Made by a program: the position numbers and the translations under genes. Source: Candidatus Kaiserbacteria bacterium (GTDB lineage Bacteria; Patescibacteriota; Minisyncoccia; Phycocordibacterales; Phycocordibacteraceae). From it: 64,000 nt of DNA. The notes beneath the pieces are model-generated. The model searched no databases and was not told the DNA's origin. It saw nothing but the letters and a program-made list of their open reading frames with translations. The DNA lies in assembly GCA_016217905.1 (NCBI GenBank), contig JACRFL010000013.1, forward strand, positions 3,184 through 67,183, in the 5' to 3' direction. This document shows, piece after piece, positions 1 through 8,886 of this stretch; the stretch's first letter is position 1; each line of letters opens with the position of its first letter.

Positions 1-524
1 ACGCGAAAAAGATCTTGAGCGAGCTCGCGGGCTCCGGATTCACGATTGCCATTCTCACCGGCGACCGGAAGGAACACGCCGAAACGATGTTCGCCGGCCT
101 GTCGCTCGACATTCGCGCCGACTGCACGCCAGAAGGGAAATACCGTGTCGTCGAGGAAGCGCGGAAGCGCGGAGAGGTCATCGTCATGATCGGCGACGGA
201 CTCAACGACGCGCCCGCGCTCGCGAAAGCGGACATCGGCATCGTCTTCTCCGGCACCGAGAACAGCGCGTCAATCGAAGCGGCCGATGCCGCCATCCTCG
301 GGCACGATCTCCTGCTCATACAGGAGCTTTTCGCGCTCTCGAAACGCTCCGTGAGCATCGCGCGCGAAAGCGTTTACGCCGGCATCGGCCTCTCGACCGT
401 CGGCATGCTCGCCGCCGCGTTCGGTCTCATCGCACCGGTCGGAGGCGCCGTCATCCAAGAAGGCATCGACGTCATAGTCATCGTACACGCCCTGCGCGCG
501 GCATTCCGGCCGCGCGCGGCATAA
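1..524 (+). CDS. P-type cation/heavy-metal ATPase, C-terminal fragment; the 5' part lies outside the window
   Basis: The translation carries the P-type ATPase hinge motif MIGDGLNDAPALAKADIGIV followed by C-terminal hydrophobic helices. The frame is open to the window edge. Confidence 0.8.
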   Translation, partial: AKKILSELAGSGFTIAILTGDRKEHAETMFAGLSLDIRADCTPEGKYRVVEEARKRGEVIVMIGDGLNDAPALAKADIGIVFSGTENSASIEAADAAILGHDLLLIQELFALSKRSVSIARESVYAGIGLSTVGMLAAAFGLIAPVGGAVIQEGIDVIVIVHALRAAFRPRAA

Positions 525-581
525 GCAAAAAGATGTTCTCGGCGGCGCGCCCTTACCAACATACGAAGGCCGCGCCGCGCC

Positions 582-607
582 TTGACGCGTCCTGCGAATG
601 CTATTGT
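582..607 (+). promoter_or_regulatory. Candidate sigma-70 promoter for the GH130 operon: -35 TTGACG at 582-587 and an extended -10 TGcTATTGT at 599-607
   Basis: Read directly from the sequence. The spacer is short (14 nt) but the TGn extension could compensate. The ATG/GTG start of the GH130 gene lies about 10-18 nt downstream. Confidence 0.3.
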
Positions 608-615
608 AGAAGCAC

Positions 616-1791
616 GTGACGGTTATGAGCGTACTTTTTTGGGTGAATATTATCGCACTTCTCTTTTCCTTCTTCGTCGTTGGAGCTGTTCTCGGCGCGC
701 TCTTCTCCAAGCCGATACGCGATAAGCTCGCCGGCCTCTTGCGCCTCAAGGAGCTTCGACGCTTCCTTCTTCTCGACCGGTCTCTCCGCAATCCAATCCT
801 CAAGCCCGGGACGCACCCGTGGACGGCCGAGGCGGTCATGAATCCGGCAGCGGCCATCCTCGACGGTCGCACATATCTCATATATCGCGCTATCGGCATA
901 GACGGCGTCTCGCGGCTCGGTCACGCGAGCAGTCCAGATGGCATCGCCTTCGACCGGCGCCTTCCCTATCCGGTCTACGTCGCGAGGAATCCGCACAATC
1001 CCGCGACGCATCTGCGACGCTATTCTCCCGTTTTGTATCCCTCGGGCGGCAGCTGGGGCGGGTGCGAAGACCCGCGCATGGTGGTCATTGAGGGGCGCGT
1101 GTACGTTACATTCAATATGTTCGAGAATTGGAAACTCCGCGTTGCGGCCATAGAAATGGACGTGGATGACTTTCTCGCCGAGCGCTTTACCGCCTGGGAG
1201 GGGCCGACCATACTCTCGCATAGCGACCGGGACAAGAACTGGGTGCTCTTCCCCGAGAAGATCGGCGGGCAGTTCGCCGTCCTTCACAGCATCATCGGCG
1301 ACGATGAATATCACGTACGCATCGAATACGTTGACGACCTCGCAACCCTGGCCACGCGGAAGTTCGCGAGCCCCGACCCGCAGAGGGTCCCCGATACGCC
1401 CGTTGCGTGGCACGTCCACACGCGAAGCGCCGGACCGCCGCCCCTCAAGACCGAGAGGGGGTGGCTCGTCCTCTATCACGCCAACGACGCGAAAGAGGGA
1501 CACCGCTATAAGCTCGGCTCGATGCTCTTAGACCTCACTGAACCGACCAGGGTGCTCTATCGCTCTGCGGCGCCCATTCTCTCTCCGGATGAGCCGTACG
1601 AGAACCACGGCAAGCCCGGCATCGTCTACGCCTGCGGCGCGACCGTCCAGGGCGGAAAACTCTTTGTATACTATGGCGGGGCGGACAAGGTCATCTGCGT
1701 CGCGACCGCGCCGCTTGACGCCTTTCTTGACGCGCTCGTCGCGGGCAGCCAGCCCTCGCTCGCAGCGATGACGCCTGCGCGAACTATATAA
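616..1791 (+). CDS. Glycoside hydrolase family 130 (beta-mannoside phosphorylase/hydrolase-like) with an N-terminal transmembrane helix
   Basis: N-terminal hydrophobic helix, then GH130 hallmarks: NPAAAILDGRTYLIYRAIG, GCEDPRMVVIEG, VLYHAND and a C-terminal YYGGADKV. The start could instead be the ATG at 625. Confidence 0.85.
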   Translation: MTVMSVLFWVNIIALLFSFFVVGAVLGALFSKPIRDKLAGLLRLKELRRFLLLDRSLRNPILKPGTHPWTAEAVMNPAAAILDGRTYLIYRAIGIDGVSRLGHASSPDGIAFDRRLPYPVYVARNPHNPATHLRRYSPVLYPSGGSWGGCEDPRMVVIEGRVYVTFNMFENWKLRVAAIEMDVDDFLAERFTAWEGPTILSHSDRDKNWVLFPEKIGGQFAVLHSIIGDDEYHVRIEYVDDLATLATRKFASPDPQRVPDTPVAWHVHTRSAGPPPLKTERGWLVLYHANDAKEGHRYKLGSMLLDLTEPTRVLYRSAAPILSPDEPYENHGKPGIVYACGATVQGGKLFVYYGGADKVICVATAPLDAFLDALVAGSQPSLAAMTPARTI

Positions 1792-1793
1792 CC

Positions 1794-3710
1794 ATGTTCG
1801 TCATCCGCCGAGAGCCGCATAACCCGATCCTCGCGCCGCAGCGCGAGCGCCCGTGGGAGGCGCGCGCCACCTATAACCCTTCCGCCGTGCGTACCGAGGA
1901 TGGCGTACGCCTTTTCTATCGCGCATTCGGGGATCCGGACGCTCTCCAGACGCCCATGGCGGGGCTCTCGACTATCGGCACCGCCTTTGCCGAAGACGGC
2001 GTCCATTTCCATTCACGACAGCAGGTCATCGCTCCTGAGGAGCAGTGGGACATATTCGGCTGCGAGGATCCGCGCGTCACGTTCTTTGAGGGACGCTGGT
2101 ACTGCTTTTATACCGCGCTCGGCGGCTACCCTTTCGGCCCCGACAACATCAAGATCGCGGTCGCTATCGGGGATACGCCCGACAACTTTACCGAACGGCA
2201 CCTCATTACTCCCTTTAATGCAAAAGCGGCGACCCTGTTCCCCGAACGCATCGATGGCGATATCGTGTTACTCCTCACCGCGCACACCGATTGGACGAGC
2301 GAGCACCCGCGGCCGACGATCGCCCTTGCGCGCGCGAAACGGATGGAAGATTTCTTTGATCCAGACTATTGGAATCGGTGGCACGCAATACTCGCCGATC
2401 ATGCACTTCCTGAAATGCGCCGCGGTGATGATGATCATGTTGAAGTCGGCGCTTCTCCCCTTCTCACGCCGCACGGCTGGCTGCTCATCTACTCGTATAT
2501 CCAAAATTACTACGACGAACGCAAACGCATCTTTTCGATCGAAGCGGCGCTCCTCGATCGCGACGATCCACAAAAACTCATTTCGCGTACCGAATCAATA
2601 CTCGTGCCGCAGGAATTTTATGAAGCGTATGGCCTCGTGCCGAACATTGTCTTCCCCACAAGCGCGACGGTCGGTGAAGGCGGCCTCCTCGATATCTGGT
2701 ACGGCGCGGCCGACACCGTCTGCGCGAAGGCGAGCGTGAAGCTTCACGATCTCATGCGCGCGCTTGACCCCGATCGGCCGGCGCGCACTTTCATCCGCGC
2801 GCCGCAGAACCCTATTCTCACGGCGAGGGGAAAAGGCTTTGAAAGCAGAGATGTGTTTAATGCCGCCGCCATCGACCTTAACGGCTCGGTCTACATTCTC
2901 TATCGCGCTATGGATCAGGCGGACACCTCGACCATCGGACTCGCCGTCTCGTCTGACGGCATCGCCATTGACGAACGCTTATCCGAGCCGATATACGTGC
3001 CGCGCGCTGATTTCGAAGCGAAGCGCGGAAATCCTGCGGGCAATTCCGGCTGCGAGGATCCGCGCATCGTGCGCATCGGCGACATGCTCCACATGACTTA
3101 CACCGCCTACGATGGCGTCCACTCGCCCGCCGGCGCGATCTCGTAGATAAGCGTGAGTGACTTTCTTGCACGCCGATGGCAAATGTGGAGCGCGCCGTTT
3201 TTGCTGACGCCCGACAATGTCGACGACAAAGACCTTGCGCTCCTGCCTGAAAAAATCGGCGCAAACTATCTTCTCTATCATCGCGTGAACAATCAAATCT
3301 GCGCCGATCTCCTACCCGACCTCGCCTCGGGCAAGCGGGTGAGCCGCTGTATCGAGGTGATTGGCCCCAGGCGCGGCATGTGGGACGGAGAGAAGGTCGG
3401 CAGTGCAGCCCCTCCCCTCAAGATCGGAGACAAATGGTTGATGATCTATCACGGCGTCTCGCGCCACGCCACCTACCGTCTCGGTGCCGCGCTGCTTGGA
3501 GCGAATGGTACGACGGTTCTTGCGCGCACCGCCGATCCGATCTTCGAACCGCTTGAAGACTATGAAAAGAGGGGCGAGATTGCGAACGTCGTCTTCTCCT
3601 GCGGCGCTGTCGTTCGCGACGATATGCTCTTTCTCTACTACGGCGCCGCCGACAAGGTCATCGGCGTCGCGACCGCGTCGCTCGCGCACATTCTCGATGC
3701 GCTTTCATAA
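1794..3710 (+). CDS. Fused di-GH130 protein (two tandem GH130 domains); the second domain is interrupted by an in-frame TAG at 3144-3146, so this may be a pseudogene, recoding or a sequence error
   Basis: ORFs 1794..3146 and 3153..3710 are in the same frame. Domain 1 carries NPILAPQRERPWEARATYNPSAV, GCEDPRVTFFEG and WYGAADTVCAKA. Domain 2 starts at APQNPILTARG and has GCEDPRIVRIG. Its alignment to the upstream GH130 continues straight across the TAG: AIS*ISVSDFLARRW aligns with AIEMDVDDFLAERF. Confidence 0.7.
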
Positions 3711-4453
3711 TGCCACCACTCGTCATTTTCGACCTTGACGGCACGCTCGCGGAAAGCAAGCAACCGATCACGAGCGAGATGGGGATGCTCGTTGCGAAAT
3801 TGCTCGACGTGACGCAGGTCGCGGTCGTCTCTGGCGGCGCGCTTTCCCAATTTTTGAAGCAGGTGGTGGCGAAGCTCCCTCCGGATGCGCGCCTTGAACA
3901 TTTATATCTTCTCCCGACATCTGGCGCCGCGCTCTACGAGTGGCGAGGCGACGCGTGGAGCAAAATATACGAGGAGCGTCTCTCCGAAACGGAAAAAGAA
4001 ACCATCGAGACAGCGATACGTGCGGCGGCGAAGGAGACCGGATGTATCGACTTCTCGAAAAGTGCGTGGGGCGAGCGCATCGAATATCGCGGCGGGCAGG
4101 TGACGCTCTCCGCGCTCGGCCAGCAGGCGCCGCTCGACGAGAAAAAGGCCTGGGACCCCGACCACTCGAAACGTCATGCACTCCACGCCGTGCTGAAAGA
4201 ACGGCTGCCTAACTTTTCGGTGGGCATCGGCGGCGCCACGAGCATCGACATCACAAAACGCGGCGTCGATAAGGCATACGGCATTCGAAAACTCTGCGAA
4301 CGTCTCGGTATTCCGGAATCCGAGGTGCTCTATATCGGCGACGAGCTTGCCTCCGGCGGCAATGACGAGGCGGTCTACAAAACGAACGTGCGTGCGGAAA
4401 ACGTCGGCGGCCCGTCCGATACCGAACGCCTTATCAAAAGCATGGTGAAATAA
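3710..4453 (+). CDS. HAD-IIB hydrolase resembling eukaryotic-type phosphomannomutase
   Basis: N-terminal DLDGTL HAD motif I and a C-terminal SGGNDEAV (PMM-like GGND motif). It overlaps the upstream stop as TAATG, so it is likely co-transcribed with the GH130 genes. Confidence 0.8.
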   Translation: MPPLVIFDLDGTLAESKQPITSEMGMLVAKLLDVTQVAVVSGGALSQFLKQVVAKLPPDARLEHLYLLPTSGAALYEWRGDAWSKIYEERLSETEKETIETAIRAAAKETGCIDFSKSAWGERIEYRGGQVTLSALGQQAPLDEKKAWDPDHSKRHALHAVLKERLPNFSVGIGGATSIDITKRGVDKAYGIRKLCERLGIPESEVLYIGDELASGGNDEAVYKTNVRAENVGGPSDTERLIKSMVK

Positions 4454-4484
4454 TAAATCGATTCGCTTCGCCGCGCGCCGGACA

Positions 4485-6152
4485 CTATTGCGAGCGCATG
4501 AGCCGCACGAGGCGGATGGTTTCGAAGGAGTGGCGGCCGCCAAGAGCGTGGAAAACGGGCGAGAGGCGGTCGCCGCCCTCCGCAAAAAGCGTTTCGTGAA
4601 TCTCCTCAAGCGCGCCCTCCGACACGAGGTGAGCGAAATCCGCGCGCACGAGACGGCCGAGCTCGGCGAGCTCTTCGAGGTGCTTTACAATAGTCGAAGC
4701 GACGAGTCCGCGCGCTTTCGCCGCATCCTTCAGATTTTTTGCATCTCGCACTGCCTGCAGGGTTTCCGCCAATCTTCCCGGCAACCCTGTTTGGTTTTTG
4801 CTTACACCTTTCCCCTTGCCGCTTACGTCTTCAACCGACGCCCCTCCCATCGCTTTGACAAACTTTTTCTGCAGTGCGAGTTTTTCCATCTCGGGCATGT
4901 CTGCGAATGCGTCCCGCGCCGCCTCTGAGGCGGCGCGAAAATCCCTGTCTTTCTCAAGTATTTCCGGATGCACTTCAAGCGCGCGCTCGTTGAGTCCGGT
5001 GAGGTACACCCCCGCAAGCCGCCGCACCCGGGAAAGCGCGACGTACCCCTGTCCGTATTCAAATGCCCTCGAGAGATCCATGATGGCAGCGTCCATGCTC
5101 ATCCCCTGGCTCTTGTGGACCGTCATTGCATAGGAAAGACGCAGCGGTATCTGCGAGATGCTCGCCTTCACCTTCCCCTGCTCTTCGAGTTGCCATTCCA
5201 TCGGCTCGGTGGTGATCTTCACGCCATCTTTCGTCTTTACGATCGGCATCCCGTCCGTATCCCAGCCGGTCACGACGCCGAGAGTCCCGTTGACAAACTT
5301 CCCCTGCGGCGAGTTCTTGGTGAACATTACTGCCGCTCCCTCTTTCAATTCCAACACTTCGGGCGAGAGGCATCCGCGCTTGAGCCCATCCACAAGCGAA
5401 TCCTTCCCCTTCGAGCTCATGCGGAATTTCTTCGCCGTGCCCGGGAGCTTTGCGAGCTCCTCCGCATTGATGCGATCCACGTCCGCGTTATGCGAGAAGA
5501 GCTTCGGCGCGTTCGCGGGAACCGCCGAAGGGTCGGTGTGGTGCCGCATCAACTCCTCGTAGTGCGCCTCCTCGACCTCTCCCGAGCGTATCGCGGAGAG
5601 TACGCCGAGGAATTCGGTGTCGTCTTGCCGGTATTGCTCGGTGAGATAGCAGACGATCGGGTTGAGCTCGCGCCAGAGCTTCGACGCGAACGCGAACGCG
5701 ACTTCGCGGCCTCTTGAGACCGGCGGAAGCTGGAAGAAATCTCCGACGAGAATGGCCGTGAGACCGCCGAATGGCTTGTCCGTGCGTCGCACTTCTCGAC
5801 AGACCGTATCCGCCATCTCAAATGTCGAAGAAGAGAGCATTGAGATCTCCTCGATGATGAGCATCTTTGCTTTCTGGATGCGCCGCGCGACATGCTCTTT
5901 ACTGGCGATGCGGTCGACATCCGCGCGCGAGAGCGACTCCGCGACGCCGATGCCGCTCCAGGAGTGGAGCGTCATGCCCGCGACATGCGTCGCGGCGATG
6001 CCGGTCGCGGCGGTTACCGACGGATCGATACCCGAGGCGCGCAGCCATGCGATGAACTCGTTTATCGTGTGCGTCTTCCCGCTCCCGGGGCTCCCGGTGA
6101 GGTACACGTTCGCGCCGGTCTTCAGTATCGTGAGCGCTTCAGCTTGAGTCAT
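4485..6152 (-). CDS. Pif1/RecD-family (AAA_30) 5'-3' DNA helicase with a C-terminal helix-hairpin-helix-like tail
   Basis: Walker A GSPGSGKTHT and helicase motifs (LIIEEISML, VGDFFQLPPV, a C-terminal VHKSQG-like block), then a lysine-rich C-terminus. Confidence 0.8.
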   Translation of the reverse strand: MTQAEALTILKTGANVYLTGSPGSGKTHTINEFIAWLRASGIDPSVTAATGIAATHVAGMTLHSWSGIGVAESLSRADVDRIASKEHVARRIQKAKMLIIEEISMLSSSTFEMADTVCREVRRTDKPFGGLTAILVGDFFQLPPVSRGREVAFAFASKLWRELNPIVCYLTEQYRQDDTEFLGVLSAIRSGEVEEAHYEELMRHHTDPSAVPANAPKLFSHNADVDRINAEELAKLPGTAKKFRMSSKGKDSLVDGLKRGCLSPEVLELKEGAAVMFTKNSPQGKFVNGTLGVVTGWDTDGMPIVKTKDGVKITTEPMEWQLEEQGKVKASISQIPLRLSYAMTVHKSQGMSMDAAIMDLSRAFEYGQGYVALSRVRRLAGVYLTGLNERALEVHPEILEKDRDFRAASEAARDAFADMPEMEKLALQKKFVKAMGGASVEDVSGKGKGVSKNQTGLPGRLAETLQAVRDAKNLKDAAKARGLVASTIVKHLEELAELGRLVRADFAHLVSEGALEEIHETLFAEGGDRLSPVFHALGGRHSFETIRLVRLMRSQ

Positions 6153-6181
6153 CCGAATACTCTACCAGATGCGCGCGGATT

Positions 6182-6721
6182 TCAACGAATGCCGGTGTCG
6201 CAGGAAATGTTTGCTGCGACGTACCCGGTCGGAGGGACGGAGACATCGACTGGCAAACAGCGCGGGAGCGCCTTACCGCCTGACGGGGCCAGCGTGTAGG
6301 AACCGGGAGGAAGCGAAAAGTTGAACGTGCCGCTTGCATCCGAATTCCCGATGATAAACGGCAATTCCGAACCGGCGCGGTACACCGTTATTGCCGCCGC
6401 GTACGGCTTGTCGGCGCACGTATGGTCGGGCGGTATACGAGCGACCGGGCAGGTCGGCCCGAGCATAACCGTCCCGCGTACGCCGGAATTGTAGGGTAAG
6501 ATACCGACTCCGCCCGTGGTGCTTGCGGCGTCTGCCGTGGGACACGGGGCGAATTCACAGTTGGGGCCGGTGCGGCCTACCGAGGAGCCGTCGGGGCAAA
6601 TTTTGGCCTCCTGTGTGCATGCCCGCGGGCCGGGCGCATTCGCCACGCGCGCACCGATTGCCCAAAGAGCAAGAAGAACCGCTATCGCGACGATGCCAAT
6701 AACGAGCGCATACTTCCTCAT
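6182..6721 (-). CDS. Hypothetical membrane-anchored or secreted Cys-containing protein
   Basis: Single N-terminal TM helix (YALVIGIVAIAVLLALWAIGA), then a Pro/Gly/Cys-rich domain with no recognisable family. Long ORF on the correct strand of a compact gene array. Confidence 0.45.
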   Translation of the reverse strand: MRKYALVIGIVAIAVLLALWAIGARVANAPGPRACTQEAKICPDGSSVGRTGPNCEFAPCPTADAASTTGGVGILPYNSGVRGTVMLGPTCPVARIPPDHTCADKPYAAAITVYRAGSELPFIIGNSDASGTFNFSLPPGSYTLAPSGGKALPRCLPVDVSVPPTGYVAANISCDTGIR

Positions 6722-6873
6722 ACCCTAAGCATAGCAGGTTATTTCTGTACCTGGTGTTCAGAACAAAATACATTGACATTGATAGCTCGACGTGTTTGAA
6801 TGTGCCTAACGTCGTTTGTTCATTTTCATTTTGCAGCAGGTTACGACGTTTCCTGCGGGCAAAGGAGAAAGCC

Positions 6874-6972
6874 ATGGAATCAAGCACACATGCAAGACTC
6901 ATCGTACCGCAGGTATACCGACCACGTGCGGGTGAGCGAGATCTTCACCTGACGACCGTTGCAGTTACATAG
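6874..6972 (+). CDS. Candidate 32-aa small ORF (MESSTHARLIVPQVYRPRAGERDLHLTTVAVT) with a canonical Shine-Dalgarno sequence, in an AT-rich intergenic island
   Basis: AAAGGAGAAAGCC lies immediately upstream of the ATG at 6874 and the stop TAG is at 6970-6972. No homology was recognised. It could instead belong to the longer GTG-initiated ORF 6754..6972. Confidence 0.2.
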   Translation: MESSTHARLIVPQVYRPRAGERDLHLTTVAVT

Positions 6973-7045
6973 GGCTGCCCTATGTATTTTCTATGTATTT
7001 CAAATTGTGCATGCTCTCATTTCCCGATTTTTGATGTCCTAGTTT

Positions 7046-7477
7046 CTACCAAGTTTCTTTTGTCCTAAGATACGTCCGCACGATTTTGACTAGAGAAACG
7101 ATGACGAGAATGATGTAGAGGATGCCGATGACAAGAGCATCGAACGCGCCCGATACTGCGCCGCTGATGCCTATGCCCCCGCCGCCGCCCGCGTTTTGTA
7201 AAAAGAGCGTCACCGCGATAATCACCGGCACCCACCACCGTGCGAATCTCCACCACGCCTGGAAGACTTCGTCTTTCAGGCGATACGTGATGAGGGAGAA
7301 AATGAGAATTGGCACTAAAGGGAACACCGAGACAGCAACAATTTCGTAAGAATCATTGCAAAAAAACCAATTTTTCTGATAACAAGACAGGATTTGGTTC
7401 AAGATAGCCGGAAGAAATAACAAAATGCTTCCAACTATTCCCAGAAACAATACATTCTTTTTTGTATTCATAATCAA
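7046..7477 (-). CDS. Hypothetical multi-pass membrane protein in a low-GC island
   Basis: About four predicted TM helices and an internal GGGGG stretch. Codon usage is markedly AT-richer than neighbouring genes. Confidence 0.5.
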   Translation of the reverse strand: MIMNTKKNVLFLGIVGSILLFLPAILNQILSCYQKNWFFCNDSYEIVAVSVFPLVPILIFSLITYRLKDEVFQAWWRFARWWVPVIIAVTLFLQNAGGGGGIGISGAVSGAFDALVIGILYIILVIVSLVKIVRTYLRTKETW

Positions 7478-7482
7478 AAAAA

Positions 7483-8886
7483 TTAATAATTCACCTCGAT
7501 CTTCCCCTTATTAGTCGTAAGATCGATGACAGCTAATCCCGGTAAGATTTTCTTGATCTCTCTTTCACTCTTATCTTCTTCGCTCTTTACCTCTTCCTCA
7601 ATCCTTGTCACGTTCTTCTTCGCATCGTAATGACCCTCGATCTTCAGAGTGCCCACTGTTGTTTTTTCTTCAAGCTCTTTAATGGCTTCGGTTTTGTCTG
7701 TGGACCACTCATATTTTAACATCGTCTTAGGGAGCAGTTCCGCAGATATGCCGCTGTATCGGAGCTCTTGGATTTCCAATTTGAGTTCGTGTTTTCCTTG
7801 ATTGAGTTTCTTGAAGACGATCTGCAGTGTGTTGCCGGCTTCGTCGGCAATGGTGGTGCTCGTGGCTGTTGTTAGGACAGTGGTACTGGAGAGATTATCA
7901 GTCCCGATAATCTTAAATTTTTGCGATGCCGGATCGAAAGTCAGGACTGCTTCCGGCGGTGTGATGTCGAACACAATCGTCTTTCCGATTTCCGACTTGA
8001 ACGAGAAGTCGGTCGTGCCATTCCCATCATAGTCGAGAAGAAGAGGTGAGGCGTTTTGGAGGGTGCCGTCGATAAATGTCATAGTCGCTTTGGTGCTTGT
8101 TGCAGACGGGATGGCGGAGAGGGTGCTTGAGGCGATAATGGTATTGCTCCCGTCTATTTCTTGCATATCAAGCGTGAATGAGCCTGTGGCGTAGCCGTCA
8201 AGGTTGAGGGTGAGAGGAGTGTTCTTGGGAACGGTGATCACTTGAACTTCGCCGTAGCGCTTAAAGCGGCCGCCGGGGATGGTGGAAGTGGCAGCATTAA
8301 CGACGTTGCCGAGGTTATCGGTGGCAGAGAGATTGAGAGGCGAGTGGAGAAGGAAGCGGAGACGTTTGTCGGCAACTGCGTCGGTGGCAGGTTGGGTGGT
8401 GAAAATAAATGCCAGTGGTGTTGTTGAGGTGGAATTGGTGAGAATGTTTTGAACCAGCGTGCGGAGTTCGGGGATTTCGAGGATGTCGGCGTGCTTGCGC
8501 GGGACATTTCCATTAAGCCACCATTTATTATAATCCTCCAAATTCACCCAGTACTTCCCCGCTGTCGAAGCAGTCGTTGTCCACAGTGCGCTCGGAACGA
8601 GTACCGTGCCATCTCCTTCCACAACCTCTTTGGGGCTGTAGGTGATTGCCGGAGAGACGGTGCAGGTGCGCACATCTGACATATCACTGCAATACGTTTT
8701 CCTCCCTTCCTGGTATTCAATCGTCGCAAGGGTATCCTCTCCCCACCCGGCGATTTCGTAGAGCTGCACTCCCTGCGGAGGCGCCCACGTATCAAGAGCA
8801 TTATGAACCGCTTCCGCTTTGGAAAGAAGTACCGCATTCCCTACACTCGGGTAGATGAGGTCGCTTGGTGATGATGAAGCGAGACG
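7483..8886 (-). CDS. Ser/Thr-rich extracellular domain. It is in-frame with, and probably the C-terminal continuation of, the hydrolase at 8887..10224 across a TGA
   Basis: No stop codon lies between the TGA at 8887-8889 and this ORF; 39 sense codons bridge the gap. GC content matches the upstream hydrolase gene, and the C-terminus is K/E-rich. Confidence 0.5.
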   Translation of the reverse strand, partial: RLASSSPSDLIYPSVGNAVLLSKAEAVHNALDTWAPPQGVQLYEIAGWGEDTLATIEYQEGRKTYCSDMSDVRTCTVSPAITYSPKEVVEGDGTVLVPSALWTTTASTAGKYWVNLEDYNKWWLNGNVPRKHADILEIPELRTLVQNILTNSTSTTPLAFIFTTQPATDAVADKRLRFLLHSPLNLSATDNLGNVVNAATSTIPGGRFKRYGEVQVITVPKNTPLTLNLDGYATGSFTLDMQEIDGSNTIIASSTLSAIPSATSTKATMTFIDGTLQNASPLLLDYDGNGTTDFSFKSEIGKTIVFDITPPEAVLTFDPASQKFKIIGTDNLSSTTVLTTATSTTIADEAGNTLQIVFKKLNQGKHELKLEIQELRYSGISAELLPKTMLKYEWSTDKTEAIKELEEKTTVGTLKIEGHYDAKKNVTRIEEEVKSEEDKSEREIKKILPGLAVIDLTTNKGKIEVNY

